From positions 5,728,001 through 5,792,000 of the forward strand of contig OZ252299.1 in NCBI GenBank assembly GCA_965250285.1: 64,000 nucleotides of DNA, in the 5' to 3' direction. The notes beneath the pieces were generated by a model. It ran no database searches and was not told the origin of the DNA. It saw nothing but the letters and a program-made list of their open reading frames with translations. Below are positions 38,039-49,100 of this stretch, one piece after another; the stretch's first letter is position 1, and every line of letters begins with the position of its first letter. The position numbers and the translations under genes were made by a program. The DNA comes from Myxococcota bacterium. GTDB lineage: Bacteria > Myxococcota_A > UBA9160 > UBA4427.

Positions 38039-38794
38039 CTAGTTGTCCATCGAAGCCGGCGGCGGCACGATCGGCAGAACGAACGACTGCATCGACTCTG
38101 CCCCCCGGCTGTCGCGGACGACGATCTCGACGTCGTGCTCGCCGGCCTGGTTCGCATCGGGCCGCCAGGTCAGCTCGCCCGAGTGCGCATCGATCTGCAT
38201 CCCGGCCGGGCTCGTCGCGAGCTCGTAGCGCAGCGGTGCGTCGCCCTCGGTGTCGCTCGCTTCGACGACGTAGCGGTAGACGCCGTCGTACATCTGTGCA
38301 GGGGGCGTCGAAGTGATCGACGGCGCGGCGTTCGCGATCTCGACCATCCGGCTGGCCGCGGTCGCCCCGGCGGTCTGGCCATCGTGCGGCGTCGCCTCGG
38401 CGTGGAACCGATCGCCCCGATTGCTCGAACGCGGGTCGAAGCTGACTTCGCCCTTCGCGGCGGCTTCGCCGTTCACGATCCACGCGACGGTCACGTCGAC
38501 GTCGTCACCATCGGGGTCGTCCGTCACGAACTCGGCGTGCCAGACGCCCTCGTCGTCCTCGGCGATCGTGAGCGATCGCACGACCGGCGGTCGATTGTCG
38601 GGCTCGACCGTCGAGCGCCGCACGTAGGCGGGCTCACGCTGGCGTCGCTGTTCGTGCTTCGGCTCTGCCGCGGCGCTGGGCTCCGGCGCTGCCTCGACGA
38701 TGTCGACAGGCGGCGGCGGCTCGCTGCCGCAGGCCAACACGCCGGCGACCGCCGTGCTCGCGAGCACGGCCACGATCATCTTCGTCCCGGTCAT
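38039..38794 (-). CDS. lipoprotein with Ig/cadherin-like domains, last gene of the pilus cluster
   Basis: Lipobox VLAC; 'DDPDGD', 'NAAPSITS', 'ASDTEGD', 'PAGMQID..SGELTW'. Confidence 0.82.
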   Translation of the reverse strand: MTGTKMIVAVLASTAVAGVLACGSEPPPPVDIVEAAPEPSAAAEPKHEQRRQREPAYVRRSTVEPDNRPPVVRSLTIAEDDEGVWHAEFVTDDPDGDDVDVTVAWIVNGEAAAKGEVSFDPRSSNRGDRFHAEATPHDGQTAGATAASRMVEIANAAPSITSTPPAQMYDGVYRYVVEASDTEGDAPLRYELATSPAGMQIDAHSGELTWRPDANQAGEHDVEIVVRDSRGAESMQSFVLPIVPPPASMDN

Positions 38795-38816
38795 CGTCCC
38801 CTCCCTCGTCGATGCC

Positions 38817-41800
38817 CTAGAAGTTCTGCTTCCAATAGATCATGGCTGCGTTGCCGTCGTCGCGCGGCGGCGCGTCCTCCATGATCACCTTGCCCTTCGA
38901 GGTCTTGACGAAGAGCTTGTCGAGCGTGGGATCGGTCGACATCGAAATGCGCGGTGCGCTGGCCATGCCGGCGCCGACGCTCGTGCGTCGGGCGTCGTCG
39001 TAGGCGGCGAGGCCGGCGCCGTAGAGTCCCTGTCCGCCGACGACCTGGAATTGGTAGACGAACGACTCACCGCTTGCGGCGGTGCAGGGGTCGGTCGTCT
39101 CGGGCAGGTAGCTGACGGCCTGGACGAAGCCGGCGAAGGTGCTGAAGTCGTTGACGAACTTCTCGCTCTCGCGCGCGACGATGTAGTAGCCATCGTTGTT
39201 CGCATTGATGTCGTACTGAGCGACGGTGATGTCGTCGAGATTCGTCCCCTCGACGACCACCCGATCGAATGCGTTCGGTCCGGTCGGGAACTTGTCGCGG
39301 ACGACGTAGAAGCGGTTCTCGTCGTCGCTCCCCGCGTCGCCCAGAGAGCGCAGGTCCTGGCGTTCACCCGTGCCGAACGCGAGCATCAGCGAGCCACGCG
39401 AGAAGCTCGCGCTCGGCGGGAAGAACAGGTTGCGGTAGTGGTTGACGCCACCACCGAGGGCCGTCACCGGCGCCTTGAACACGACGCCGACATCCCAGTT
39501 CGAGACCGGCGAGCCGATGCCGACATCGGAGATGTCCCACTTCCAGAGCTGTCCGCCGAGGTCGCCCACGTAGACGACGTCCGCGAAGCCATCGGCGTTC
39601 AGGTCGAGCACGGCGGGCGTGCTCGGGATCGCGTACTTCATCTCGGAAAGGCCAACCGAGGTCGAGTTGTTGTTCGAGTCGGTCTTGCTCACGACGTCGC
39701 TGGCGTCGTACGCCACCTTCGCGACGATGCTGCCGTCCTCGAGGTCGACCATGTAGATCGCCCGTCCGACGTCGTTGACCGCTGGATCGACGAACGTGCC
39801 CGAGTTCGGGTCGCCCTCGTCGTTCGGCGTATAGCCGCCACCGAAGATCGCCACCCAGCGCTCGACGCAGTTGCCGTCCCCGTTGTCGGCGCCACAGTTG
39901 TCGCCGGCACTGCCTGCGCGCAGCTTGACGCGCGTGATCACGGGCTCGGACCAGGTCTGGCCCAGCTCGGAATCGGTGAACTCCCAGAGGAACCCGGGAT
40001 AGGTGCCGGCGCTCGGGTTGGTGACGTCGAGGGCGAGGTAGCTGTCGCCGCCCTCGCGCATGCCCATCACCATCACGGTCGCCCACTCGCTGGCGTCCTT
40101 GCTGATGTCGGTGCCGGTGCCATCGCCCAGCCAGGCGTCGGCGATCGCCGGCGTTCCGTCGACGAAGTAGTTCACGTGCGTGCTGTTGAGCGGCACGTTG
40201 CGTACGTGATCGAGCATGTCGCCGGGTACGAAGCCGAAGAGCTCTTCGCCGTCGCCGTCCCCGTAGTAGTAGGTCTCGGTCTCGGTCGGGGTGCCGGGAT
40301 CGTCGCCGACGTTATAGGAGCCGCCGTCGAACGCATGCAGCAGGCCGTCGTTGGCGCCCACGTACACGATCCGGTCACGCTGGAGATTGCTCGTGTAGAA
40401 GGTGTCGTAGCCCGGCTCGCCGCGCAGGAATCGCGAGGGCCGCCCGACGATACGCGGCGACGAGTGGAAGATGTCGCCGAGGACGACGCTGCGCATCTCG
40501 GTGTAGTTGTTGTCGTCGTCGTCGTCGAAGCCGTCCTTGCCGTGCAGGAACTGCATGAGCGCAGTGACGAGCTCGCCTTCGGTATCGACGTCGGAGGTCG
40601 CCGAGTTGGGGTACCCCCCGATCTCCACGGCCGAGATGCCGTTGATGCCGAGATCCGTCGCCGTGATGTTGGCGAGTGTGAAATCGACGCGGGCACCGGC
40701 CTTGTTCGTGTACAGGTTGCGGACCGTATCGCCCGCGAGCTCGGCCGCCGCGTCCCAGTACGGACTCGGCGGGTCATTGAACTCGCCCGAGATCGGGTCG
40801 ATGGCCGGCGTCGAGCCGTCCGACTCGACGATCGTACCGTCGGCGAGCAGGCCATAGGCCTCGAGGTGCCCGGGCCACATCGGCTCGTCGGGGTCGGGCG
40901 CGAAGTACGCATTGTAGAACGAAGCATCGAAGAGCGTTCGGCTCGTCGGCACGACCGCCGTCGAGAACGTCGCCTCGTCATCGTAGATCGACGTCGTGAT
41001 GTTGCCGAGCGCCGAGGCGAGATCGCCCGCCTGGCTCGTGGTGTAGTAGGTCCCACCACCGTCGGCCGCGATGTTCTGCAGATAGGTATCGTCGATGGCG
41101 AAGCCGATCACGTGTGTGATGACGTTCTGCCGTTCGCTCATCGAGGTTCCGGCACGGAAGTCGCGACCGAGTGCGAACGCGGTGATGTCGTCGGCAAAGG
41201 GCTCGTTCTCGACTCCGACGTCTGCCGCGACCTCCGCGTTGTCGCCGTCCGCGTCCCCCACCGTGGCCCAGTAGTTCGAGAGCACGATTTCGTCGCGATG
41301 GGCCAGACCGTCCGTGATGTAGATGACGTAGGTGTTGCGGCAGTTGAGGTCCCAAGGGTCGACCCAGGCCGAACCATCCTCACCGCTGCGCGCGCCCCAG
41401 GCCGGGATCGTGCCGAGCGGTTCGTTCGGACCGGCGAGATATCGCATGACGTCCAGCGCGGCACCCGAGATCGGCGTGCCCACGCTCGAACGCGAGGAGT
41501 TGTCGATGGCCGTGAGCATGGCCGCGGTCGCATTCGCTTGAATCGGATGCTGAAGCACTGCGCCGTCGGCGCGGAAGCCCATCAGGCCGAATCGGGCGTT
41601 GTCTTCGTAGACGCCGTCGCCGTCCGGATCATTGACCGAAGTGACCAGTGCCTTGATCTCGCGCTTGGCGATCGGCCGCTTGTCCTCGCAGCCGGTACAC
41701 GCCGGGTCATCCATCGAGCCCGATGTGTCGAGCAGGATGAGGATGTTCGGCGGCACGTCGCCCGTCGCCGAGAAGAGCTCGATGTCGGCCGGGCCCGCGA

Positions 41801-41885
41801 GGGCCTGCGCCGGCGTCAGCGCGAGCGCGGCCGCCCCGCAGATGGCCGCAGCGAGTGTGGAGCCTGTAAATCGATTCTTGGTCAT
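38817..41885 (-). CDS. pilY1: type IV pilus tip adhesin PilY1 (vWA + beta-propeller)
   Basis: Signal peptide; MIDAS 'LDTSGSM', 'ITDG'; 'LGDIFHSSP', 'YVGANDGLLHAF', 'ELFGFVP', 'VDGTP', 'DLNADGFAD', 'YVGDLGG', 'FGTG'. Confidence 0.94.
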   Translation of the reverse strand: MTKNRFTGSTLAAAICGAAALALTPAQALAGPADIELFSATGDVPPNILILLDTSGSMDDPACTGCEDKRPIAKREIKALVTSVNDPDGDGVYEDNARFGLMGFRADGAVLQHPIQANATAAMLTAIDNSSRSSVGTPISGAALDVMRYLAGPNEPLGTIPAWGARSGEDGSAWVDPWDLNCRNTYVIYITDGLAHRDEIVLSNYWATVGDADGDNAEVAADVGVENEPFADDITAFALGRDFRAGTSMSERQNVITHVIGFAIDDTYLQNIAADGGGTYYTTSQAGDLASALGNITTSIYDDEATFSTAVVPTSRTLFDASFYNAYFAPDPDEPMWPGHLEAYGLLADGTIVESDGSTPAIDPISGEFNDPPSPYWDAAAELAGDTVRNLYTNKAGARVDFTLANITATDLGINGISAVEIGGYPNSATSDVDTEGELVTALMQFLHGKDGFDDDDDNNYTEMRSVVLGDIFHSSPRIVGRPSRFLRGEPGYDTFYTSNLQRDRIVYVGANDGLLHAFDGGSYNVGDDPGTPTETETYYYGDGDGEELFGFVPGDMLDHVRNVPLNSTHVNYFVDGTPAIADAWLGDGTGTDISKDASEWATVMVMGMREGGDSYLALDVTNPSAGTYPGFLWEFTDSELGQTWSEPVITRVKLRAGSAGDNCGADNGDGNCVERWVAIFGGGYTPNDEGDPNSGTFVDPAVNDVGRAIYMVDLEDGSIVAKVAYDASDVVSKTDSNNNSTSVGLSEMKYAIPSTPAVLDLNADGFADVVYVGDLGGQLWKWDISDVGIGSPVSNWDVGVVFKAPVTALGGGVNHYRNLFFPPSASFSRGSLMLAFGTGERQDLRSLGDAGSDDENRFYVVRDKFPTGPNAFDRVVVEGTNLDDITVAQYDINANNDGYYIVARESEKFVNDFSTFAGFVQAVSYLPETTDPCTAASGESFVYQFQVVGGQGLYGAGLAAYDDARRTSVGAGMASAPRISMSTDPTLDKLFVKTSKGKVIMEDAPPRDDGNAAMIYWKQNF

Positions 41886-41887
41886 GA

Positions 41888-42364
41888 CTAGTATCCCCGC
41901 GATTCGAGGAGCCCCACCTTCGCCTCGAGTTCCGAAGTCAAATCGTTGTTACCGACGGCCGTCACGTTCATCGGGTAGACCATGAAGCCGAACTGGCCGA
42001 TCTCGTAGCCGTCGGGGACGCCACCGCTCTCGCCGTCGCTCAGAGGCTGGGCCACCGCGTCGGCGCGGCGGCGGCTCTCGACGAGCGTGCCGTCGGCGAG
42101 GTTGAACGAGAACGCGGCGAAGTCGCCCCGCTGGATGCGGCTCACCGCGAGCTGGATGCCTGCATCGGCGGCATAGAGCGAGCGCATGGTGGCTCGCGAC
42201 TGGCCACTCGCGCGCGCCTCCTGCTCGGTGAAGTCGACGGCCGACAGCGCCGAGGCCATCAGCAGGAAGATCATCAGCACGACGGTGATCATCGCGATGC
42301 CGCCCTCGCGCTTGCGATGGGTGGCCGGCGAGCCTTGGTCTGCGGTGTCTCGCGTACGACGCAT
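41888..42364 (-). CDS. pilX: PilX-like minor pilin
   Basis: Prepilin site G|IAMITV lacking Glu5; 'LYAADAGI'; directly upstream of pilY1. Confidence 0.85.
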   Translation of the reverse strand: MRRTRDTADQGSPATHRKREGGIAMITVVLMIFLLMASALSAVDFTEQEARASGQSRATMRSLYAADAGIQLAVSRIQRGDFAAFSFNLADGTLVESRRRADAVAQPLSDGESGGVPDGYEIGQFGFMVYPMNVTAVGNNDLTSELEAKVGLLESRGY

Positions 42365-42367
42365 CGT

Positions 42368-43270
42368 CTACCTCATGTTGCGGAGCAGGGTCTCCGCGCT
42401 CTGCCGTCGGCGCTTGAAGTTGTCGGGCGCGCCGGCGACTCGGTTCGCCACCGCGGTGAAGCCGAGGCCCTGCATGCCGGCCTCGGGGATCTCGGTGCGG
42501 GACGTGATGCTGACCCGTGCGAGCCGCAGCTCGAAGACGTCCTCGCCATTCAGATCGTGAAGCGGGAACTCGGCCGGCTGATCCATCACGCTGTCGCTGT
42601 TCGTGTCGACCCAGTACTCGATCTGCACGTCCTCGACGTTGCTCGAGAGCACGGTGCCGTTGCGCGTCAGGTCGTTGCCGGCGATCTGGTAGAAGACGGC
42701 AGGGGCAATGAACCCATCGGGCGCGTTGATGGCAAAGCCTCCCGGCGTGGTTGGCGAAAACTGGATCGTGCCGCCGGCCACACTGGTGACGACCGCGCAG
42801 TGCGCGTTGTCGCCATCGGCGAGGATGATCCCCGCACCCGCAGCGAAATCGACGTCTCCATCGCTGTCGACGTCGAGGTCCGCCGCGTTGACGTTCACGG
42901 TGCCGGTGCTTCCGGCGAGCGTGGCCGGCACGCCCGTAAAGCGCTGGTTGGCGTTTGCGACGATCGTCGCATCCATCACGGCGGGATCACTCATGCAGAT
43001 CTGGTCGGAGGCGTTCGCGCCCCCGTCCACGCTCGCGAGGCCCGACTGAACGGGCAGCATGAAACCGGCCATCCGCAGATCTGCGACCATCAGATCGGTG
43101 ATCAAGCGGCCTTCGTGCTGGGCCTCGACCACGCGCTCATGATTCAGCTGCGTCGTGTGCTGCTCGGTGTAGGCGACCATGACCCAGCCGATGACGACGG
43201 CGAGCACCGTCATCGAGATCAGCAGCTCGGTAATCGTCATACCGCTTTGACGTCGTCCGTGCGTCTGCAT
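42368..43270 (-). CDS. pilW: PilW-like minor pilin
   Basis: Start MQTHGRRQS; G|MTITELL; 'DLRMAGF'; C-terminal 'LRN'. Confidence 0.9.
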   Translation of the reverse strand: MQTHGRRQSGMTITELLISMTVLAVVIGWVMVAYTEQHTTQLNHERVVEAQHEGRLITDLMVADLRMAGFMLPVQSGLASVDGGANASDQICMSDPAVMDATIVANANQRFTGVPATLAGSTGTVNVNAADLDVDSDGDVDFAAGAGIILADGDNAHCAVVTSVAGGTIQFSPTTPGGFAINAPDGFIAPAVFYQIAGNDLTRNGTVLSSNVEDVQIEYWVDTNSDSVMDQPAEFPLHDLNGEDVFELRLARVSITSRTEIPEAGMQGLGFTAVANRVAGAPDNFKRRRQSAETLLRNMR

Positions 43271-43734
43271 CAGAACTCCGACTTCAGGCTCTCGAGGTTC
43301 ACGGTGCGTACGCTGCCCGTGTTCGACGAGGCCCAGGAGACCTGGACGAGCACGCGGAACACGCCGTTGACCGGGTTGTCCCGCGTGACGGTCCACGTCC
43401 GCGTGTACTGCCGAGCGCTCCCGTCGTTCGGGTCGGGATCGATCGGGTTGTTCGGGTCGTTGACGACGCCGCCGTTCGGGAACGCTCCGATCGTCACGCC
43501 TGACATCGCCTGGAGCGATTCCATCTGCTGCTGCGCCAGGTACTGGGCCTCCATGCGATACTGCGAGTCGCTCGAGAAGCGCAGAGCCGACAGCTGGGCC
43601 GAGGCGCCGGCGAGCAGGCCGAACGCGAGGATCGTCAGCGCGATCGTCACTTCCATCAGCGACACGCCGCCGCTTCGCTTCGCATCTTCGCGACGCGCGT
43701 CGCGCGCGTGGTTGTTCGATCCAAGACCCCTCAT
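43270..43734 (-). CDS. pilV: PilV-like minor pilin
   Basis: G|VSLMEVTIALTILAFGLL; 'A..LAQQQMESL'; 'VQVSW'. Confidence 0.88.
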   Translation of the reverse strand: MRGLGSNNHARDARREDAKRSGGVSLMEVTIALTILAFGLLAGASAQLSALRFSSDSQYRMEAQYLAQQQMESLQAMSGVTIGAFPNGGVVNDPNNPIDPDPNDGSARQYTRTWTVTRDNPVNGVFRVLVQVSWASSNTGSVRTVNLESLKSEF

Positions 43735-43735
43735 G

Positions 43736-44449
43736 TCACTCCCATTCCCCGGCCACGTGGTTGAAGCTCATGACCTTGGTCGTCCCCATCGGGCTGAGCG
43801 AAATGGCAAAGACGCGGTCGTCGCTCTTCATGTAGAACGTTCCGGCTCCGCTCCCGGGTTCGCCGAGGTTGCAGTTGGCGTCGAACGCCATCGGCATGCC
43901 CTCGGGTCGAAACATCACGTACGTCACGCCGTTGCCGGCCGGATCGACGAACGTCGACCCCGTCGCGCTCGGGTCACCCGTCCCTTCGTCGGTCGGGGGC
44001 GGCGCCATGCCGGCGGGCAGGTCGCTCATCATGGCGATCTGCTTCATCTGGTTCTGGCCGATCTCGAGGGTGGTCTCGCCCGGGTCGATCCGGCAGTTCT
44101 GATTGGCCGAACCGGGCGCGCCGTCGTTCACGATGAGGACCGGGATGGGCTCGCCGTTCGGAGCGACGAGGGGGTTGCCCTCGGCGTCCTCGCCGACGAA
44201 GAAGAGGTGGACGTCGCCCGTTCGCATCGCCTCACCGCGCGCGGTGACCAGGCCACCGTCCATCGCCATCGCGGTGTCGCGCAGCTCGCCGTTCTCGCCC
44301 GCGCGGTTCAGGGTCGGGACGGCAATGACGAGGGCCACCGCGAGGATCGCCATGGTGATCCCCACCTCGGTGAGCGAGTAACCCGCTCGTCTCTTATCCG
44401 TCTGCATCGTGTCGCTCGACATCGATCGAATCCTTCGTGTGCGCTCCAT
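43736..44449 (-). CDS. FimT/FimU-like minor pilin; start uncertain
   Basis: G|YSLTEVG prepilin site; 'ARGEAMR'; 'FRPEG'; first gene of the cluster. Confidence 0.85.
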   Translation of the reverse strand: MERTRRIRSMSSDTMQTDKRRAGYSLTEVGITMAILAVALVIAVPTLNRAGENGELRDTAMAMDGGLVTARGEAMRTGDVHLFFVGEDAEGNPLVAPNGEPIPVLIVNDGAPGSANQNCRIDPGETTLEIGQNQMKQIAMMSDLPAGMAPPPTDEGTGDPSATGSTFVDPAGNGVTYVMFRPEGMPMAFDANCNLGEPGSGAGTFYMKSDDRVFAISLSPMGTTKVMSFNHVAGEWE

Positions 44450-44583
44450 GCGCTACGCGCGACGAATCGGGTCTCTCCCCGCAGTGACGGGGAGCCACTC
44501 GACGCATCGCACGCATGGATCGCCGCTATCCCCAATCGGGCCCGACACGAGGGCGCTTGAGGGTTTTTCCCAGGCTTTTCAGG

Positions 44584-44599
44584 GCATTGGGAGTGCCAA
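44584..44599 (-). promoter_or_regulatory. sigma54 (-24/-12) promoter of the minor pilin operon
   Basis: Minus strand TTGGCAC-TCCCA-ATGC with canonical GG-N10-GC spacing, about 135 bp upstream of the fimT-like ORF. Confidence 0.7.
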
Positions 44600-44891
44600 C
44601 GCCGGCGCGGTCCGAGCCGAACCGGTCGCTTCCCGGGCGCCTCGGCGATCACTTGCGCGCGCGGGCAGGTGCAGCCGAAGCGCGGCACTGAGGTGGGGCC
44701 CTCACACTCTCGTCACAGGATTGCGTCGTCGCCGGAACGGCCGCATGCGTCGGGGGCCCTTCCTCGGCGCTTCGGTATTGCTGCCCGAATGAGGTAAAGT
44801 GGGTGCTTCCCGCCCGGCGCCCCGGCGTAACGACACGTGCGCGACGATCACATCCAGTCGTGATCGGCAGCGGCACGCAGGTGTGACGGAC

Positions 44892-46088
44892 ATGTCCTCT
44901 GCCCCTCGAAGTCGACGATCGATCTTCGTCTTCACCGCCGTCGCGGCTGTCGTGTTGGCACTCGGCGTGGCGCTGCGCATGACTGCGCCCGCACCCGAGG
45001 CCAGCGACAACGCGGTCTCGGCGGCGGGGCGTGTCGGCGAGCGACCATCGGTGGTGGTCGATGGCACCGAGGTGCGCTCGATCCCGTCTCGCCATGAGGT
45101 CGAGATCTCGACGACGCTGCAGGCGCGCCGCGAGGTGGTGATCGGGGCCGAGGTCTCGGGTCGCGTCACCGAGCTGGCCGTCGAAGAGAATCAGCGGGTC
45201 GAGGCCGGAGATCCGCTCGTGCGGCTCGACCCGGCGCTCGCCCAGGCCGCGGTCGAGCGCGCCCGGGCCGCGCTCGGCAGCGCGCGCGCCGTCGCCGACC
45301 TCGGTCGCGCGCTCCACGAGCGTCAGAAAGAGCTGGCCCAGCAGGGCGTCGGCAGCCGCACCGAGTTCGACCAGACGCTGAGCGAGGCGACTCGAAGCGC
45401 AGCAGCCGTCGCTGAAGCCCGCGCCGCGCTCCTCGAGGCCGAGACCCTGCTCGACAAGACGGTGATTCGCGCGCCCTTCGCGGGCGTGGTGACCGAGTTC
45501 GAGCTCGAGCCGGGCGCGTATGTGCGCACGGGCGACGCCGTGGCCGAAATGGCCGATCTGGCCGAGATCGAGATCGACGTCGGCGTCGATGACCGACAGA
45601 TCATCGCCCTCGACGAGTCGAGTCCGGTGCGTGTCGCCGCCGACGCGATCCCCGGCGAATGGTTCGAAGGACGCATCGCCAGCCTCGGGCGCGTACCCGA
45701 GGCGGTCTCGCAGAAGTACCGGGTGCCGGTGCGGGTCGAGAATGCCGACATGCGGCTCCTGCCCGGCATGCTGGGGCGCGTGCGCGTGACGCTCGGCGAC
45801 GAGTCACCGACGATCCGCATTCCGCGACGCGCGGTCCGCAGCGAGTACGAGCTCGACTTCGTGTGGGTGCTCGAGGAGGCCGCCGAGACCGATGCCGGCG
45901 AGACGATCGCCACGGCCACCCGTCGCCGCGTGCGCGCGAGGCAGGTGCCGTTTCGTCCCGATCTGGTCGACGTGAGCGGGGGCCTCGAAGAGGGCGACGT
46001 GGTGGCGACTTCGAACCTGCGCGAGCTCTCCGAAGGTCTCAAGGTTCGCGTCACGCCGCGGGAAGGCAGCGAGGTCGCGCTGCCTTAG
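44892..46088 (+). CDS. RND efflux periplasmic adaptor (membrane fusion protein)
   Basis: N-terminal TM; 'AEVSGRV', 'IRAPFAGVV', 'LLPGM', 'GLEEGDVV'. Confidence 0.93.
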   Translation: MSSAPRSRRSIFVFTAVAAVVLALGVALRMTAPAPEASDNAVSAAGRVGERPSVVVDGTEVRSIPSRHEVEISTTLQARREVVIGAEVSGRVTELAVEENQRVEAGDPLVRLDPALAQAAVERARAALGSARAVADLGRALHERQKELAQQGVGSRTEFDQTLSEATRSAAAVAEARAALLEAETLLDKTVIRAPFAGVVTEFELEPGAYVRTGDAVAEMADLAEIEIDVGVDDRQIIALDESSPVRVAADAIPGEWFEGRIASLGRVPEAVSQKYRVPVRVENADMRLLPGMLGRVRVTLGDESPTIRIPRRAVRSEYELDFVWVLEEAAETDAGETIATATRRRVRARQVPFRPDLVDVSGGLEEGDVVATSNLRELSEGLKVRVTPREGSEVALP

Positions 46089-46151
46089 GGCGGCGCGCAC
46101 CGGGGTTCGAGCCGGCGGCCCGAGGCCGCCCGATCTGGAGGCGGCAGGTTC

Positions 46152-49100
46152 GTGACGCTCCCCGAGTTCAGTGTCCGCCAGACCGTGCTCGTCAACGTGC
46201 TGTTCTTCGTCTGCGTGCTGGGCGGGCTCGCCGCCTTCAGCCGCATCCCGGTCGAGTACTACCCGGACGTCGCGCTCAACAGCCTCGGCATCGAGACCGT
46301 CTGGCTCGGTGCGTCGGCCGAAGAGGTCGAGCGGCTCGTCACGCAGCGCATCGAGGAAGAGCTCGCGACGGTCGAGAACATCAAGGAGATGCGCTCGACG
46401 TCTCGTGCCGACTCGAGCTCGATCCTGATCGATTTCGACGAGACGCTCACCGACGAAGAGTTCGAGTCGTCGGTCAACGACGTCCGTGCGGCGCTCGATC
46501 GCGTCGTCGATCTGCCGAGTGATGCCGAGGAGCCCTACCTCTTCGAGATCAAGGCCACCGTACCCGTGGCCTTCGTCGCGATCACCGACGAGGGCGACGT
46601 CGGCCTGGTGGCACTGCGCGAGGTGGCGAGGCAGGTGCAGCGCGAGCTCGCGAAGCTGCCGGGCGTGCAGCGCGTCGATGTGCGAGGGGAGCGCGACCGC
46701 GAGCTACGCGTGTTCGTCGATCGCCGGGCGGCGGCCCGCTATGGGCTGACGGTGCCCGAGATCACCGAGCGGATCCGTCGCCGCAACCTCAACCTGCCCG
46801 CTGGCACGTTCAGCAGCCAGGCCGGCGAGGCGACCGTCCGCGCCCAGGGTGACTACGCCGACGTCCCCGAGATCCTCGACACGGTCGTGGCCGAGAACGA
46901 CGGCGGGACGCTGGTGCGGCTGCGCGAGGTCGCCACCGTCGAGTCGGGCCTCGAGAAGGCGCGCGTCACGACGTACTACAACGGGAGCCCGGCCTGGCTG
47001 CTCGAGATCCAGAAGAAGGAGGACGTCGACGCGCTCGAGATGGTGCGGCGGGTGGATGGCTGGATGGAGGAGAAGCGCGCCGAGATCCCGCCTGGCATCG
47101 GCCTTCACAAGACGCTCGACAGCGCCGACTTCATCCGGCCGCGCATGCGGGTGCTCGTCGACAATCTGCTGGCGGGCGTCGTGCTCGTGATCGCGATCCT
47201 CTGGTTCACGATCGGTTTTCGCAACGCCGTGCTCACGAGCATCGCGATCCCGTTCAGCTTCCTGACCGCGATGATCTTCTTTCCGGCGCTCGGGATCAGC
47301 ATCAATGCGACGACCCTGATGGGCATGCTGCTCGTCTCGGGCATGCTCGTCGACGACGCCATCATCGTGCTCGAGAACATCTATCGGCGCGTCGAGGACG
47401 GCGAGCCGCTGCGCGCGGCGGTGCTGAACGGTGCGAACGAGGTGATGTGGCCGGTCATCTGTGCCGTGACGACCACCATCGCGGCCTTCGCTCCGCTGCT
47501 GCTCGTCGAGGGCACGCCGGGCAAGTTCGTATCGATCCTGCCGAAGGCGGTCGTCGTCTGTCTCATCGCATCGCTCTTCGAGTGCCTGATCATCCTGCCG
47601 GCGCACTACCTCGACTTCGGCAGCCGAAAGGGCGCACAGGCCCCGTCGGGCGAGCAGCCAGAAGGGGCCTTCGCCCTCTTCTCGCACCGCGTCTCGGGCA
47701 TGCGCGCAGCGACCGATCGGGCGATCGACGCCGGGCGCAATCTCTACTCGCGTGCGCTCGCGCCGATGCTCGAGTTTCGCTGGCGCTTCGCCATTGGTCT
47801 CGCTCTCCTGATCTTCTTGACCAGCTCGCTGGCGCAGCATCTCGACACCGTGCTCTTTCCGGGCGAGTACGACACGCTCAACGTGCTCCTCGAGACGCCG
47901 CCCGACTACAGCCTCGAACAGACGGCCGAAGTCAGCGAGCGCATCCAGGAACCGCTCATCGAATACGTCGGCGATACCGTGAAGGATGTCTCGTTTCTCG
48001 TCGGGACGAGCGTCGACTCGAACTACGACCGGCTCGCTGGCCCGAATCTCGCGATGGGGTTCGTCATCATGGACTCGTCCTCGGGCGCGCTCGAAGACGC
48101 CGAGCAGGCCTTTCTCGACATGAACGACGACCTGATGGCGTGGCGCGAGCGCAACCCCGATGGCATCAGTGAGCTCAGGCTGGCACCCCAGCAGGATGGT
48201 CCGCCAATCGGGCCGCCGGTCGAAGCTCGAATCGAGAGCGCCGACTATCGCGTGGGCAAGGCGGTGGCTGCCGAGATGAAGGCCTACCTGCATAGCCTGC
48301 CCGGCGTGCTGAGCATCGAGGACAATCTGCGGCTCGGCCCCCAGGAGGCGCGTGTGCGCCTCGACGAAGCGCGTGCGGCCCGCTACGGCGTGGGCTTCGA
48401 GCACGTCGCGCGGGCCCTGCGAGGTGCGAACGACGGTCTGATCGCTTCGAGCTTCCGAAGCACCGAGATCGACGAAGACATCGACATTCGTGTGATGCTC
48501 GACGAGCGTTACCGCCAGAGTCTCGGCGATCTGCTCGACACCGAGCTGCGTGCACCGACCGGGGCCCTCGTCAAGCTCCGCGACGTCGCCGACGTCGAGC
48601 TGACCCGAGGCTTCCTTTCTTTTCGGCGCTACGACGAGAAGCGCACGGTCAGCGTGTACGCCGACGTCGATACGAACGTCACGACCTCGATCGACGTCAA
48701 CAAGGCGCTGCAGGCGAGATTCGCGGATGTCGCGTCACGGTTCCCCGGTGTGAACATTCGCTACGGCGGCGAGTTCGCAGAGGCCAACGAAGCCTTCGCT
48801 TCGCTCGGGGCGGTCTTTCCGGTCGCCTTTCTCGCGATCTACATGATTCTCGCGGCGCTCTTCCGCAGCTACCTGCAGCCGCTCGTCGTTACGGCCGCGA
48901 TCCCCTTTGCGTTCATGGGGGTCATCTTCGGCGTCGCGCTGCTCGACTACGACGTGAGCTTCATTCTCATGTACGCCACGATCGGACTCACCGGCGTCGT
49001 CGTCAACGATTCGCTGGTCATGGTCGACTTCATCAACCGCGCGCGCGACGAGGGCATGCCCCTGCGCCAGGCCGTGCGCGAGAGCGGAGCGCGCCGATTC

